64,000 bases of DNA. Origin: a virus (taxonomy: Duplodnaviria; Heunggongvirae; Uroviricota; Caudoviricetes). The notes below the pieces were generated by a model that was not told where the DNA came from, made no database searches, and worked only from the letters and a program-made list of their open reading frames with translations. This document shows, one piece after another, positions 1 to 9,517 of this stretch; within the stretch, counting starts at the first letter, position 1, and every line of letters starts with the position of its first letter. Position numbers and translations under genes: made by a program. Location: the IMG/VR virus record IMGVR_UViG_3300043313_000558; one strand, written 5' to 3'.

Positions 1-143
1 GCGGTCGGAACCGCGTAGCCCTCCTCGGCACCAGGATCCGGGGCGAGGTTGGGGTACCAGGTGGGATCGGTGTACCCCATGTCCTCCAGGGTCTGCTCTC
101 CACTGCCGTACGTCGACGGCGTGAACATCACCCCGGCCATCTG
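1..143 (-). CDS. hypothetical protein, 5' part only (gene continues past left edge)
   Basis: ATG at 143 preceded by purine-rich RBS (aggaagaag); reverse complement of 1-143 reads MAGVMFTPSTYGSGEQTLEDMGYTDPTWYPNLAPDPGAEEGYAVPTA without a stop. Confidence 0.4.
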
Positions 144-240
144 CGCTTCTTCTTCCTCTTGAGCTTGCGAGCCACCTTGCCGTTACCAAGGACATGCACG
201 GCGCTCTGGTCCGGCATGCCCTTGGAGATCCGGACCAGCT

Positions 241-477
241 TCACGACAGCTCGGGTGGCCGAACCGACTCCGCCTGGTGGGTGGCCCTCGGGTCCTTGTT
301 CGGCACCGCGAAGACGGCACCACCGGAGACCAGGGCGATCACCGCGGCGGTGACCCACTCGTTGGTCATCACCTTGGAGCCGCCGTCGCTGGTCTCCAGC
401 AGGGCAGCGCCGATGGCGGTCAGGAAGGGGACCAGAATCGCGGTTATGGCCTTGTAGTACGGGGCGATGGTTTCCAT
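241..477 (-). CDS. holin-like small membrane protein (78 aa, two hydrophobic helices)
   Basis: internal Met METIAPYYKAITAILVPFLTAIGAALL..VTAAVIALVSGGAVFAV of the 241..585 ORF; start lies 3 nt after the stop of the upstream M15 peptidase gene. Confidence 0.5.
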   Translation of the reverse strand: METIAPYYKAITAILVPFLTAIGAALLETSDGGSKVMTNEWVTAAVIALVSGGAVFAVPNKDPRATHQAESVRPPELS

Positions 478-479
478 GT

Positions 480-1064
480 TCAGCGTCCGTCCTTGTAGAT
501 CTTCGGGTTGGCCTTGGTCGCGCCGGAGCCCATGTCGATGTGCTTGACCTTCTTGGAGACCGAGCCGTAGCCGATGTGGGTGCACACCTGCCAGCTCTTC
601 ACCTTGGTGGTCGAGTAGTAGGGCTGGGTGTCACTGGCCAGCCCGGACAGGTGGCGCGAGGTGGCCGAGCCACCGATCGCCTTGTTGTGGCTGGCACACC
701 GGCAGGCCGAGACGACGGTGAAGCTGCGGCCACTCTTGGTGCGGTACTGCTCCATCATCTGGAAGGCCTTGCGCTTGTGCCAGATCCGCTGGCAGGAGGA
801 GTACTTGCCCCCACACCGGCAGCGGACCTCGGTGAAGGAAAAGTGCGCGCTGGCGGTCGGCTGACCCGCCTTACGCCGGGCCTCGGACTTCAGCAGGGCA
901 GCCGAGGTCTTCGCCCCCACGCTGCCGTCCACGCTGAGCGCGCTGCCCAGGTTCCAGCCCGCCTGGAAGTTCTTCACGCAGGTCTTGTACTCGCTGGTGG
1001 TACGAACCCGCCAGCCGAGGTTGCGCAGGATCTTGGTGGCCTGAGCTTGGGTGAGGTTGGCCAT
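480..1064 (-). CDS. endolysin: N-terminal peptidoglycan-binding domain + peptidase M15 (VanY/DD-carboxypeptidase-fold) domain
   Basis: N-terminus ATKILRNLGW..LSVDGSVGAKTSAALL resembles PG_binding_1; C-terminus ..ACRCASHNKAIGGSATSRHLSGLASD has the SxHxxGxAxD zinc-ligand motif of M15 peptidases. Confidence 0.7.
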   Translation of the reverse strand: MANLTQAQATKILRNLGWRVRTTSEYKTCVKNFQAGWNLGSALSVDGSVGAKTSAALLKSEARRKAGQPTASAHFSFTEVRCRCGGKYSSCQRIWHKRKAFQMMEQYRTKSGRSFTVVSACRCASHNKAIGGSATSRHLSGLASDTQPYYSTTKVKSWQVCTHIGYGSVSKKVKHIDMGSGATKANPKIYKDGR

Positions 1065-1072
1065 CAGGCGTC

Positions 1073-1240
1073 GTCTCCCTTCACGTGCGGGTCGACCTGA
1101 TCCACCAGGTCATCCAGGTCCTCGGTGTCCAGATCCTCGGGGATCTCCTCACCGGACAGGTCGAGCTCGCCGATGTCCTCCTGGTTGGGATCGGTGTGCT
1201 CGTCGTCGTCGATCACGTCGTGGTCGGGCTGGTCGCTCAT
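1073..1240 (-). CDS. small acidic protein (55 aa)
   Basis: MSDQPDHDVIDDDEHTDPNQEDIGELDLSGEEIPEDLDTEDLDDLVDQVDPHVKGDDA; ATGA overlap with upstream stop and TGATG overlap with lysin start; unlisted small ORF, hand-translated. Confidence 0.35.
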
Positions 1241-2637
1241 CGGCGGTCCTTCTTCTTCAGGGTCACAGTGGTCTCCGGATCCATCTTCTTGAGCAGCTTC
1301 TTGGTCGAGCGCTGGTTTTGTGGGAACTGGTTAGCTGCCACACCGCCGATCACACCGGCCGTGGTGCCCTCCATGATCCGCTTCACCGAGGTGGTCATGT
1401 TCAGCTTCTTGGCCACCAGCGTGGGCGCACCGACGAACCGGCCCGACTTCAGGTCCCGGGTACGTACTGAGGTCAGCGACTCAGTACGGGTGCTGTCGTC
1501 GTTGATCAGAGTCCCAGGCATCTCCATGAAGCTCTTGGAGACCGCACCGGTGGTGCTGGGGAGCTGACGAGGTCCGGTGCGCATCAGCTTGCGCTTGGGC
1601 CGCCGGGTGGTGTTCAGCACCCGCTGCGGGTTGCCCTGCTGCAGCTTAGGCAGCTCGGACAGGAAATGGATCGAGCCCCGGTGGTCGGTGATCGCCGCGA
1701 CACCCGGGATACGGGCTCCTTTGGCCATCGCCAGGTTCTTCTTGACGTGGGACTTGTTGCGGTTGATCTCGTAGCCGTGCTTGCCTGCCACACCCGCAGC
1801 AGCGATCCCGACCCCAGCCACGCCCACCTTGCGGGAGATCTTGGCCATGTCCCCGTAGGTCTTGGCGAAGTAGCGCTCCTGACCGGCTGATCCGTGCAGG
1901 GCTCCCACCTTGGCGGCGTGCTCCTTGGACCGACCAGCGAAGATCTTGTTCCGCTCACTGGCCAGCACACCGGTGGACTTCTCCGGCTTCACGTCCGGAA
2001 CCCGGTGCTTGCTGGGCTGGATCGTGTATCCGCCCGCCTTGGGGTTCATCTTCATCGCCTGGTGCAGGCTGGCTGCGGAGCGCTTGGACCACTTCTTGCC
2101 CTGGCGATCCAGCAGCGTGCTGACCCCACCACCGAGCACCGCCGTGCTGGCACCACCTGCAGTGATCGCATCGGCCTTGAAGTGGTCGCGCTTAGCGGCC
2201 TTGTGGACGCTCTTGCGCTTGCTGTGCTGGTAGGCCCCGGCCCCGACCAGCGCAGCACCACCTGCCAGCGCCACGTTGGAGGCCTTACGGCCGATGTTCA
2301 GGTGCCGGATGATGTCGGTCTCGGATGCACTGCGCCCGGCGAACTCCCCTTGCCGAAAGGCCTGCTTGCGGGTGGGGTTCTCGGTGCCCTTGGCCTTGGG
2401 CTTGAGGGTGAAGGTGTCGAACACGTGGTGAGCGTTATGCCGGTAGCCGAACTCACCAGCTCCGTAGGCCTTACCGGCGATCTTCGCCTTCTCCTTACGC
2501 CCTGAGGCGGTCTTGACGTCGGCCAGGTTGGCCCTGGACTTGGTGCCGGGAAGCCCACCGCCGACCAGACCGACCGTGCCCAGGGTGGTCCCGGCACCGA
2601 CCATCGTGCCGGAGTGGTCCTTCTTCTTGACAGGCAT
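1237..2637 (-). CDS. Lys/Gly/Ala-rich 466-aa protein; possible virion or head-morphogenesis protein
   Basis: long ORF immediately downstream of the portal-like gene; strongly basic and glycine-rich; no catalytic motif recognised. Confidence 0.45.
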   Translation of the reverse strand: MPVKKKDHSGTMVGAGTTLGTVGLVGGGLPGTKSRANLADVKTASGRKEKAKIAGKAYGAGEFGYRHNAHHVFDTFTLKPKAKGTENPTRKQAFRQGEFAGRSASETDIIRHLNIGRKASNVALAGGAALVGAGAYQHSKRKSVHKAAKRDHFKADAITAGGASTAVLGGGVSTLLDRQGKKWSKRSAASLHQAMKMNPKAGGYTIQPSKHRVPDVKPEKSTGVLASERNKIFAGRSKEHAAKVGALHGSAGQERYFAKTYGDMAKISRKVGVAGVGIAAAGVAGKHGYEINRNKSHVKKNLAMAKGARIPGVAAITDHRGSIHFLSELPKLQQGNPQRVLNTTRRPKRKLMRTGPRQLPSTTGAVSKSFMEMPGTLINDDSTRTESLTSVRTRDLKSGRFVGAPTLVAKKLNMTTSVKRIMEGTTAGVIGGVAANQFPQNQRSTKKLLKKMDPETTVTLKKKDRR

Positions 2638-4584
2638 CTACTTGCCCTTCTTCTTCGGCACGATCTTCTTCTTGGGTCCGACGGTCTTGGCGTTGGCCTG
2701 CTGCCGGGCCTGGGCTTCCTTGAGCTTGCCCAGGAACTTCTGACGGCGCAGGTCGGCGTCCTTGCCCTCCTGATCCCGCTTGAAGTCCTTCTCCTTGCCC
2801 TGCTGGTCGCGCTTGAAGTCGGCTTCCTTGCCCTTCTGGTCCCGCTCGTGGTCGACCTGCTTGAACTTGTTGTCGACCTCCTTGCCCTGAAGATCCAGCT
2901 CCTTGCCCTTCAGGTCCATCTCGTTGGTGGCCTGAGCGTTGGGGTCCTGGGCAGCCAGCGCCTGCATGTCGGCCTGGTGCTGCACCTCCATCGCCTGCTG
3001 CTGCTCCATCTGCGCCTGCTGGGAGCCCATCACCTCCGGGTCGACAGCGGCCCGTGCCTGCCCGCGAGCCTGGCCCACGGCCTCGTTCTCCATCTGGTCC
3101 TGGTGCGGGCTCTCAGAGGCCATCTGGGCCTGCTCTGGGGTCATCCCGCCTTGGACCATGCCGAACTTCTGGTTGGAGCCCATGAACTCCATCGCGGTCT
3201 GCTGCTGAGCCATCTCGCGCTTGGCCTCCAGCACCTCGTCCGGGATGGCAGGCAGGTGAGCGACCTCGCGCAGGAACTTCTCCATGTCCGGGTCGGGGAA
3301 GAACTGCATGCCCAGCCCGGCCATGGACGTCATGAACCCGGCCAGCTCGGCCAGGTTGGGCGGGTCCACATTGGTCGGACGCAGCTTGGGCAGCTCTTCC
3401 AGCTGCCAGTTGTTCAACTCGAACAGGCGGGGGATGGCGTGCCGGTTGAACACGTCCGCGATGGCCGTGGTGATGGAGTTCAGCGCAGAGCGGAAGATGC
3501 CGGTCTTGTCCACGTGCATCGCGTAGGAGCCGGTGCCCTCGTGGCCGAGCAGCAGGAAGTCGGCCATGGTGACCATCAACATCCGCTGCTCGTAGCGCTG
3601 GATCAGCTCGTTGGTGTTGAAGCTCTTACCGCCTGAGCTGCTCATCAGCTCGAAGCGGAAGAGCTCCTTGCCCTTCTCGTCGTACTCCAGGGGGAGAACA
3701 AGGCCCTCGTGTTCGTCGCGCCGAACGTTTTGGACCATTTTCTTGAAGCTCTTGTAGACCTTGTTCTCGTTGGTTCCCTCGGTCGCCTTCATGTACGAAG
3801 AAGGCAGCATGGCTACCGGCATGCCAGCGAGGTCACGCTCTACCCCGATCGCCTCGAACTCCTCTAGGCGCTTCTTGAAGAACCAGGGTCGGTACGCAGT
3901 ACGCAGGATCGAGGTGCCCTCGGGGTTGCCCTTGTGGATCCCGGTCCTAAAGAGCAGCGAGCGCTCGATCGGGATGACGCAGGTCTTGTAGTACGGGGGC
4001 GGGATCTGCACATAGGCCTTCACCCCTCCGCTCTCGTCGAAGACCCAGCGCAGGTGGGTCTCCTGAGCACGGATCGGGATCTTCCGCCAGCCGATCCGAC
4101 CGTCGGTGTACCGGCTGCGCTTCTTGGGGTCCTTCTCCTGCGGGCCGACCCGCTTCTTGTAGACGATCTCGTGCCAGGAGAAGCCGTAGACCAGCATCGA
4201 GAGGATCTCGGAGATCATGTCGTCCCAGGTGTGCGACATGTCCTCCATGCACTCTTCGACGAACTGGACCGCATCCGAGCTCTCCGGGGAGTTGTCGTCC
4301 CCGACCACGGTCCACTCGACCTGCCGGATCAGCTTCTCGATGGAGAACAGCATCGCCCCGATGATCGGGTCGTTCAGGGCCATCTCGCGGAACACCGCGA
4401 TGGCCTTGCGGCCGCGTAGCGCAGGCAGGAACTCCTCGTCGATCATCCCCGCAGCGCGCTTGACCCCGGTGACCCCGATCTCGGTCAGTGGGGAGACCCG
4501 AGTCGGCGCGGAATCCAGGTCGATGGTCAGGTCGTCGTAACGGGAGATGTCCCCGTAACGACCTTGGCCGGACGCGATGGTCAT
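2638..4584 (-). CDS. portal-like protein (648 aa) with highly charged repetitive C-terminal tail
   Basis: size, position downstream of terL in the transcription direction, acidic core and C-terminal D/K/E repeat region (DLKGKELDLQGKEVD..KRDQQGKEKDFKRDQEGKD) typical of portal barrel extensions; RBS acaggagg upstream; assignment is by inference only. Confidence 0.4.
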   Translation of the reverse strand: MTIASGQGRYGDISRYDDLTIDLDSAPTRVSPLTEIGVTGVKRAAGMIDEEFLPALRGRKAIAVFREMALNDPIIGAMLFSIEKLIRQVEWTVVGDDNSPESSDAVQFVEECMEDMSHTWDDMISEILSMLVYGFSWHEIVYKKRVGPQEKDPKKRSRYTDGRIGWRKIPIRAQETHLRWVFDESGGVKAYVQIPPPYYKTCVIPIERSLLFRTGIHKGNPEGTSILRTAYRPWFFKKRLEEFEAIGVERDLAGMPVAMLPSSYMKATEGTNENKVYKSFKKMVQNVRRDEHEGLVLPLEYDEKGKELFRFELMSSSGGKSFNTNELIQRYEQRMLMVTMADFLLLGHEGTGSYAMHVDKTGIFRSALNSITTAIADVFNRHAIPRLFELNNWQLEELPKLRPTNVDPPNLAELAGFMTSMAGLGMQFFPDPDMEKFLREVAHLPAIPDEVLEAKREMAQQQTAMEFMGSNQKFGMVQGGMTPEQAQMASESPHQDQMENEAVGQARGQARAAVDPEVMGSQQAQMEQQQAMEVQHQADMQALAAQDPNAQATNEMDLKGKELDLQGKEVDNKFKQVDHERDQKGKEADFKRDQQGKEKDFKRDQEGKDADLRRQKFLGKLKEAQARQQANAKTVGPKKKIVPKKKGK

Positions 4585-4689
4585 GAAGCCTCCTGTTCGG
4601 TCCCATTCTCTGACCGCAGTCGAGGGACCTTGCTGGTCTCGATAACCTTCAGGAAAACGAGGTGTGGGGGAAAAGTGGGCAAGGACGTC

Positions 4690-5013
4690 TTACTGCTGCT
4701 GGCTGTTGTCGTCTCCGGGGTGGTTCTGGCCTTCCTGTTCATGGGCTTCGTTCTGATCCCCGCTCTCGCTCTTCGCTGAGCCCTTCACCACCGAGTAGGT
4801 GGTGGTGGTGCCAGCCAGAAAGCCCGCCAGCAGGCCGATCAGGGTGTTGGTGATGTCAGCGATGTAGCGCGACGGGCCTTCCAGGTCGCTGGCCGGGTTG
4901 ATGAAAGCGAACACCCAGGAGACCACCGAGGTGAAGACCAGCCCGGCGCAGATCGTCCCGGCGATCAGGATTACCAGGATGTCCGCGGTAGGCCGGTCTC
5001 GAAAACGAGCCAT
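4690..5013 (-). CDS. 2-TM membrane protein with charged C-terminus (holin-like)
   Basis: ILVILIAGTICAGLVFTSVVSWVFAF and TLIGLLAGFLAG hydrophobic helices followed by an acidic tail. Confidence 0.45.
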   Translation of the reverse strand: MARFRDRPTADILVILIAGTICAGLVFTSVVSWVFAFINPASDLEGPSRYIADITNTLIGLLAGFLAGTTTTYSVVKGSAKSESGDQNEAHEQEGQNHPGDDNSQQQ

Positions 5014-5375
5014 CAGAAGCCAACGATGTCGCTCAGGTTGCGCTCAGATCCAGTTGGCACGCTGATGTAGACCGGAGCAGGATCCATCCCCTCCAGGTCG
5101 AAGGTCACTCGGTACTGCCAGTTCACCGGCTTGATGTCGATGTCGTCGGTGGCCATCAGGGTGATCGTGGCCTCGCCGTCCTCTAGGAAAGCGACCACTG
5201 GCCAGGCCGGGATGATCAGCCCGGCACCGGAGTGGGTCAGGAAGTCGGGCAAGGCCTTGAAGATCACCTTGCCCTGCACCGGGGTGGTCTCCATCTGGTC
5301 GTAGTCGTCCAGGACCAGCGAGTAAAGCTTGATGTGGATGACGCCCAGACCGACGCCGGTTGGTAGTGCAGCCAT
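5013..5375 (-). CDS. fibre-associated protein; paralogue of the N-terminal domain of 8660..9421
   Basis: VIFKALPDFL...LMATDDIDIKPVNWQYRVTFDLEG aligns with VYFTPTAEFL...LVATDNPNLEPVDYTYEVSFDLEQ of the 266-aa ORF. Confidence 0.5.
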   Translation of the reverse strand: MAALPTGVGLGVIHIKLYSLVLDDYDQMETTPVQGKVIFKALPDFLTHSGAGLIIPAWPVVAFLEDGEATITLMATDDIDIKPVNWQYRVTFDLEGMDPAPVYISVPTGSERNLSDIVGF

Positions 5376-5377
5376 GA

Positions 5378-7405
5378 TCAGGTCCCTATGTCTTCGACGA
5401 CGAACTGTCCGGGTGAGGTGGCGCTGCCCTGCATGGTGATCACGCCGGTGCCCGAGGCCCGGGCGACGGAGACCTTGAGGACGTGTGAGCCCGCGGTGAA
5501 CTGGCCGATGTAGGTGGCGGTCATGTTGAAGGCGGTGGTCGCCGGTGCCTGGCTGATCGAGGAGACCAGCGAGGTAGCGCCATCACGCAGGATCAGCTGG
5601 ATTCGGTCACCGGCCACAGTGGTGATGAAGTTGGCCCACACGTTCAGCTTGTACCAGCGACCCGCCACACAGGTGATCGTCGTGGTCAGCCCCGCGATAT
5701 CCACCGGGGTGGTGCTGTTGGCGGTGTTGGCGGTGTTCGCGGTGATCTGGCCCATCCCCATGATCCCCAGCGGACGGTAGTCGACCTCGGCGACCTTGTT
5801 GTCCACGTAGTTCTTGGTGGTGGCGTGGTCGGGGTTGACCGGGTCGGCCATCCCGTAGATCTTCTGGCCGTTCATGTTGAAGCTGACCCCGACGGTGATG
5901 TCGCCCATCCCCGCTGGGTTGTAGTCCAGCTTGGTAGTGCGGATCTCGGTCTTGCTGAACGGGTCGGGCGTGCTGCCCCCACTACCGCCACTGAAGGCCA
6001 CCCAGGCGTTGGTCGTACCACCGACCCAGATGTAGCTCAGCCCGGTGTCGGTCTCGTAGATGATCAGACCGTCCTGGACGAAGGTTGGCCGAGTAGAGCT
6101 GGTCACCGTCCACACGTTGGCGGCGCTGTAGACCCACTTCAGCCCGTCCCAGATCGCCAGGGCACGCTGGTTCTGGTTGTAGTACAGCTGCCCAGCCCCA
6201 CGCGGAGTGGGGAAGGAGAACAGCCCGCCGGTGTCGACATGGGTCTGGCAGCGCCAGGTCTGGGAGTCGGTGCCCAGCGTGGCCACCGGGTCGGTCTGGG
6301 TGAAGATCTTCATGTAGCTGGTGGTGCCAGCCAGCACCTTGACCTTGGCACCCTGGGTGACCTTGGCTGCGGTGTTCGCATCGGTAGCCCGGCTCCAGGC
6401 TCCGGCAGCTGCGACGTAGATCCCGTTGTCGAACGCGTTGGTCTGGTTCTTGACCAGGATCCGTTCGGTGGCGCTGAAGGCGTAGCCGTCGATGGTCGAA
6501 GTGCCGGACAGGGTGATGTTGGCGGTGGTCGCACAGGCGACCGGGGCCAGGTACCGATCCCCGCTGGCGGTGAGCACTGTCCCGTTGATCGTGGCCCCGC
6601 TGGCGGCCAGCTGGGTGAAAGTGGCCGCACCGGCCTGGGTGATCCTGGCGACCTCAGTGCCCGCGTTCTTCCAGGACAGGTCGGTGTACAGGATGTTGGC
6701 CTGGTACTTGTCCACCGTCGGCATCTCGTTGCCGGTCATCGGTCGGTCCAGGGCCCACTCGATCTCGCCCACCTGAGCAGCAGCACCAGGAGGTGCGGTC
6801 AGGGTGAACTCCACCTCGGAGAGCTGGTAGAAGCTGTTGTAGGCCTTCTGGATCAGCTGGTCGGGGCTACGGCGCACCTCGTCGACCGTGTTCAGGGTGT
6901 GCCAGCCCAGCCCATGCGGGGCGTAGTTGCAGTAGACCCGCACGCTGACCGACTCGGTCCAGGACACGTAGTAGTGACTGACGATGAACCAGCCGTAGGG
7001 AAAGCCGTAGAAGAAGCCGTTGAAGTTGACGTTGAGGACCACGTAGTTGTTCGCCGCGATGGTGAAGCCGCCCTCGTAGTCCCCGTCGAAGAACTGGTCG
7101 ACCTGGGCGTTGGACAGAGTGCCGAGCAGGGTCCCGCCGTTGCGGTCGTAGATCTTGGCGGTGACGGTCCAGCGCTCCCGGGCCTTGAACATCGCGTCGT
7201 TGAGCGCGCTTTGGTACAGGTGTCGGCCACCGAACGGGTTGGCGTTCATCACCAGGTCATCGTTGGACAAGGTGGCGTACCAACCGTTGCCGTTGCTGAT
7301 GTAGTGCTTGCCGTCGGTGGTGTTGAAGTAGGTGCTTCCGGCAGGCGCGATGGCAGGCGCGGTGGCATAGCGCTGCGCCCCGGTGATGCCGTATCGCTGC
7401 GGCAT
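5378..7405 (-). CDS. tail fibre protein (675 aa)
   Basis: real start MPQRYGITGAQRYATAPAIAPAGSTYFNTTDG at 7405 (ATGA overlap with upstream stop); the first 163 codons of the listed 838-aa ORF are R/H-rich out-of-context read-through; shares YFNT[AT]D and TKNYVD motifs with 7405..8652. Confidence 0.6.
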   Translation of the reverse strand: MPQRYGITGAQRYATAPAIAPAGSTYFNTTDGKHYISNGNGWYATLSNDDLVMNANPFGGRHLYQSALNDAMFKARERWTVTAKIYDRNGGTLLGTLSNAQVDQFFDGDYEGGFTIAANNYVVLNVNFNGFFYGFPYGWFIVSHYYVSWTESVSVRVYCNYAPHGLGWHTLNTVDEVRRSPDQLIQKAYNSFYQLSEVEFTLTAPPGAAAQVGEIEWALDRPMTGNEMPTVDKYQANILYTDLSWKNAGTEVARITQAGAATFTQLAASGATINGTVLTASGDRYLAPVACATTANITLSGTSTIDGYAFSATERILVKNQTNAFDNGIYVAAAGAWSRATDANTAAKVTQGAKVKVLAGTTSYMKIFTQTDPVATLGTDSQTWRCQTHVDTGGLFSFPTPRGAGQLYYNQNQRALAIWDGLKWVYSAANVWTVTSSTRPTFVQDGLIIYETDTGLSYIWVGGTTNAWVAFSGGSGGSTPDPFSKTEIRTTKLDYNPAGMGDITVGVSFNMNGQKIYGMADPVNPDHATTKNYVDNKVAEVDYRPLGIMGMGQITANTANTANSTTPVDIAGLTTTITCVAGRWYKLNVWANFITTVAGDRIQLILRDGATSLVSSISQAPATTAFNMTATYIGQFTAGSHVLKVSVARASGTGVITMQGSATSPGQFVVEDIGT

Positions 7406-8652
7406 CAGCCCACCACCACGACCCGGTAGCCAGCGCCCAGGTTGGGGCTGTAGCGCAGCACGGCGGTGTTGACCGTGGTGGCATCCCAGTCGACCTCCAC
7501 CGCGGTGTACGGGGATGCCCCGTTGAGCACGGTCAGGGAGATGTCGCGGGTGTTCAGGTTGTGGGTGACCGTCTCCGGGCTTGCTGTTCCGCTCAGGCCT
7601 GCAGCGAACTTGCGAGCTCCAGCTGCAGCAGCGATTGCCGCGTTCATCGAGGTGATCGTCGGGATCACTGCGGTGTCCACGGCCACGGAGTCCGCGGCCA
7701 CGGTGATACCGGTGCCTGCCCCCACGTCGAAGGTGTTGGCTGAAAGGGTAAGGCCAGCACCCCCGACGTAGGTTGCCCCACCGGTACCGAACTGGGCATA
7801 GGTGAGGTTGGTGGTGTCGATGGTGATCGGCAGGTTGGTGGTGAGCACCCAGGCGGTGTCGGCCTGGGTAGAGCCCTCCTGCACGAACACACACATGCCC
7901 GCGATCTCGTTAGCGCTGTCCACGTCGGTGGCCCGGTACCAGGCCCCGGACTGAACCACCCAGATCCCGTTCTGGGAGGCGGTGCTCTGGTTCTTCACCA
8001 GCACCCGGTCCTGCACCACGGTGGTGACCCCGTCGATGGTCAGGAAGCCGCTCAGCGCGGTATTGGCCGTGGTGGCCACCCGCACGGCGTCCTTCCAGGC
8101 CAGGCCGAACACGGTGGCGTCCACATAGTTCTTGGTCGCTGCGTCGCTGGGCACGTTGGGCTCAGCCAGGTTGGTGATCTTCTTGGAGTTGAAGGACACG
8201 TCCACGGACGGCACGGCCAGGGCGCTCAGCGGGATGGTGGAGTGCGCGGACGCATCGTGCGCGGGAGTGCCGTGGGTGTGGTCGCTACGGGAGAGCGAGG
8301 AGGCAGAGCCGTTGGCTGAGGCCAGCCCATAGGTGGTCTCGGCGGTGACCGAGCCGAACGCGGGCATCCCGTGCTTGTGGTCCTCGCGGGCGAAGTTGGC
8401 CCCGGTGCCTACTGTCCCGCCATCACCGATCGCCTGGGTGGTCACGGTGGAGGCCGGGGTTGCTCCAGCACCCGCCTTGGCGGCAGTCCAGATCGGCCCG
8501 GTGGTGTTGGTGCAGCAGTACAGCGTGGCGTCGGCGGTGTTGAAGTAGATCTGCCCCAGGACGGGGCTGGCCGGGGCACTGGACAGGTTCTGCACCTGGG
8601 CTTGGCGCAGCTCGTTCTTGGACAGGTCTACGGCCCCGTAGAAGGTCGCCAT
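7405..8652 (-). CDS. tail fibre protein (415 aa), paralogue of 5378..7405
   Basis: N-terminus ..ASPVLGQIYFNTADATLY and ..SDAATKNYVDATV motifs shared with the neighbouring fibre gene; Ala/Thr/Gly-rich beta-type composition. Confidence 0.6.
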   Translation of the reverse strand: MATFYGAVDLSKNELRQAQVQNLSSAPASPVLGQIYFNTADATLYCCTNTTGPIWTAAKAGAGATPASTVTTQAIGDGGTVGTGANFAREDHKHGMPAFGSVTAETTYGLASANGSASSLSRSDHTHGTPAHDASAHSTIPLSALAVPSVDVSFNSKKITNLAEPNVPSDAATKNYVDATVFGLAWKDAVRVATTANTALSGFLTIDGVTTVVQDRVLVKNQSTASQNGIWVVQSGAWYRATDVDSANEIAGMCVFVQEGSTQADTAWVLTTNLPITIDTTNLTYAQFGTGGATYVGGAGLTLSANTFDVGAGTGITVAADSVAVDTAVIPTITSMNAAIAAAAGARKFAAGLSGTASPETVTHNLNTRDISLTVLNGASPYTAVEVDWDATTVNTAVLRYSPNLGAGYRVVVVG

Positions 8653-8659
8653 GGTGCTC

Positions 8660-9421
8660 CTAGGACAGATAGGCCTCTCCGCCCAGGGAGGCGGAGAAGG
8701 TCAGTCGGATGGTGGAGGCACTCAGGTACTCGACGGTGCCGGGAAAGACCTGTTCCTTCAGGGAGTTGACCACGACCACGGAGGGCTGAAAGGTCAGTGG
8801 GTGGCTGATCGTCCAGGTAGTGGAGGCGCTGACCTGGTAGTGCGTGTAGGAGGAGGTGCCCCCGGCCACTGCGGAGACGGTGATGATCGCCTCGCCAGCA
8901 TCACCGAGGGTGACCAGCACCCCCTCACCACGAAAGTCCAGCAGGGAGGCTGCGGTCAGTACCGTGGTGTTGTCCTCCTGGACCATCACAGACCCACCGA
9001 CTCCGGGTACTCCAGGTGGCCCAGGAGGGCCCTGCACGTACCAGATCCCGTTGGCTGCGGGCACCGGGGAGATGTCGGCCAGCTGCCGGTCACTGCCCTC
9101 GGGAACGTCGATGTGAAAGCTGTCCAGGTGGACCTGCTCCAGGTCAAAGCTGACCTCGTAGGTGTAGTCCACTGGCTCCAGGTTGGGGTTATCGGTGGCG
9201 ACCAGCTCCACCTGGCCATCCCCGTTGGGGTCCAGGTAGGCGCTGTAGGCGTGCACCGGGTAGAGCACGTCGTTGGTCGCATCGCGCAGAAACTCCGCAG
9301 TCGGGGTGAAGTAGACCCGGCCCACCACGGGCTGGATCAGCTGCACCCCATTGACCGCGACGGAGTGGCGTAGCCGTATCCGGACGATCCCGGTGCCCAC
9401 GCCGATCGGGAGATCTGGCAT
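8660..9421 (-). CDS. tail fibre-like protein (~253 aa)
   Basis: internal start MPDLPIGVGTG preferred over the ORF start at 9460; contains GPPGPPGVPG triplet and Ig-like beta-rich C-terminus; N-terminal domain paralogous to 5013..5375. Confidence 0.5.
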   Translation of the reverse strand: MPDLPIGVGTGIVRIRLRHSVAVNGVQLIQPVVGRVYFTPTAEFLRDATNDVLYPVHAYSAYLDPNGDGQVELVATDNPNLEPVDYTYEVSFDLEQVHLDSFHIDVPEGSDRQLADISPVPAANGIWYVQGPPGPPGVPGVGGSVMVQEDNTTVLTAASLLDFRGEGVLVTLGDAGEAIITVSAVAGGTSSYTHYQVSASTTWTISHPLTFQPSVVVVNSLKEQVFPGTVEYLSASTIRLTFSASLGGEAYLS

Positions 9422-9463
9422 GTCCTCAGTCTCCCAGCGCACGCACCTGACCCTGAGCACAGC

Positions 9464-9499
9464 AAAGCGCCGGGCCCCCCTGCAAAGGCCCGGCGCTTT
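9464..9499 (-). terminator. 13-bp-stem hairpin downstream of the 193-aa gene
   Basis: aaagcgccgggcc / ggcccggcgcttt perfect inverted repeat. Confidence 0.4.
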
Positions 9500-9517
9500 A
9501 GCTGCAAATGCTACTGC

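Noticed and set aside
5825-7429. 534-aa plus-strand ORF and similar long plus ORFs (55573..56667, 56704..57771, 60804..62501, 33797..35161)
   Set aside because: All are mirror images of well-supported minus-strand genes and show Gly/Arg/Val/Asp-rich junk translation. No plus-strand gene could be supported anywhere in the window.
7405-7894. N-terminal 163 codons of the listed 838-aa ORF
   Set aside because: Arg/His/Gly-rich and overlapping the 3' end of the 415-aa fibre gene in another frame. The real start is the Met at 7405, which forms an ATGA junction.
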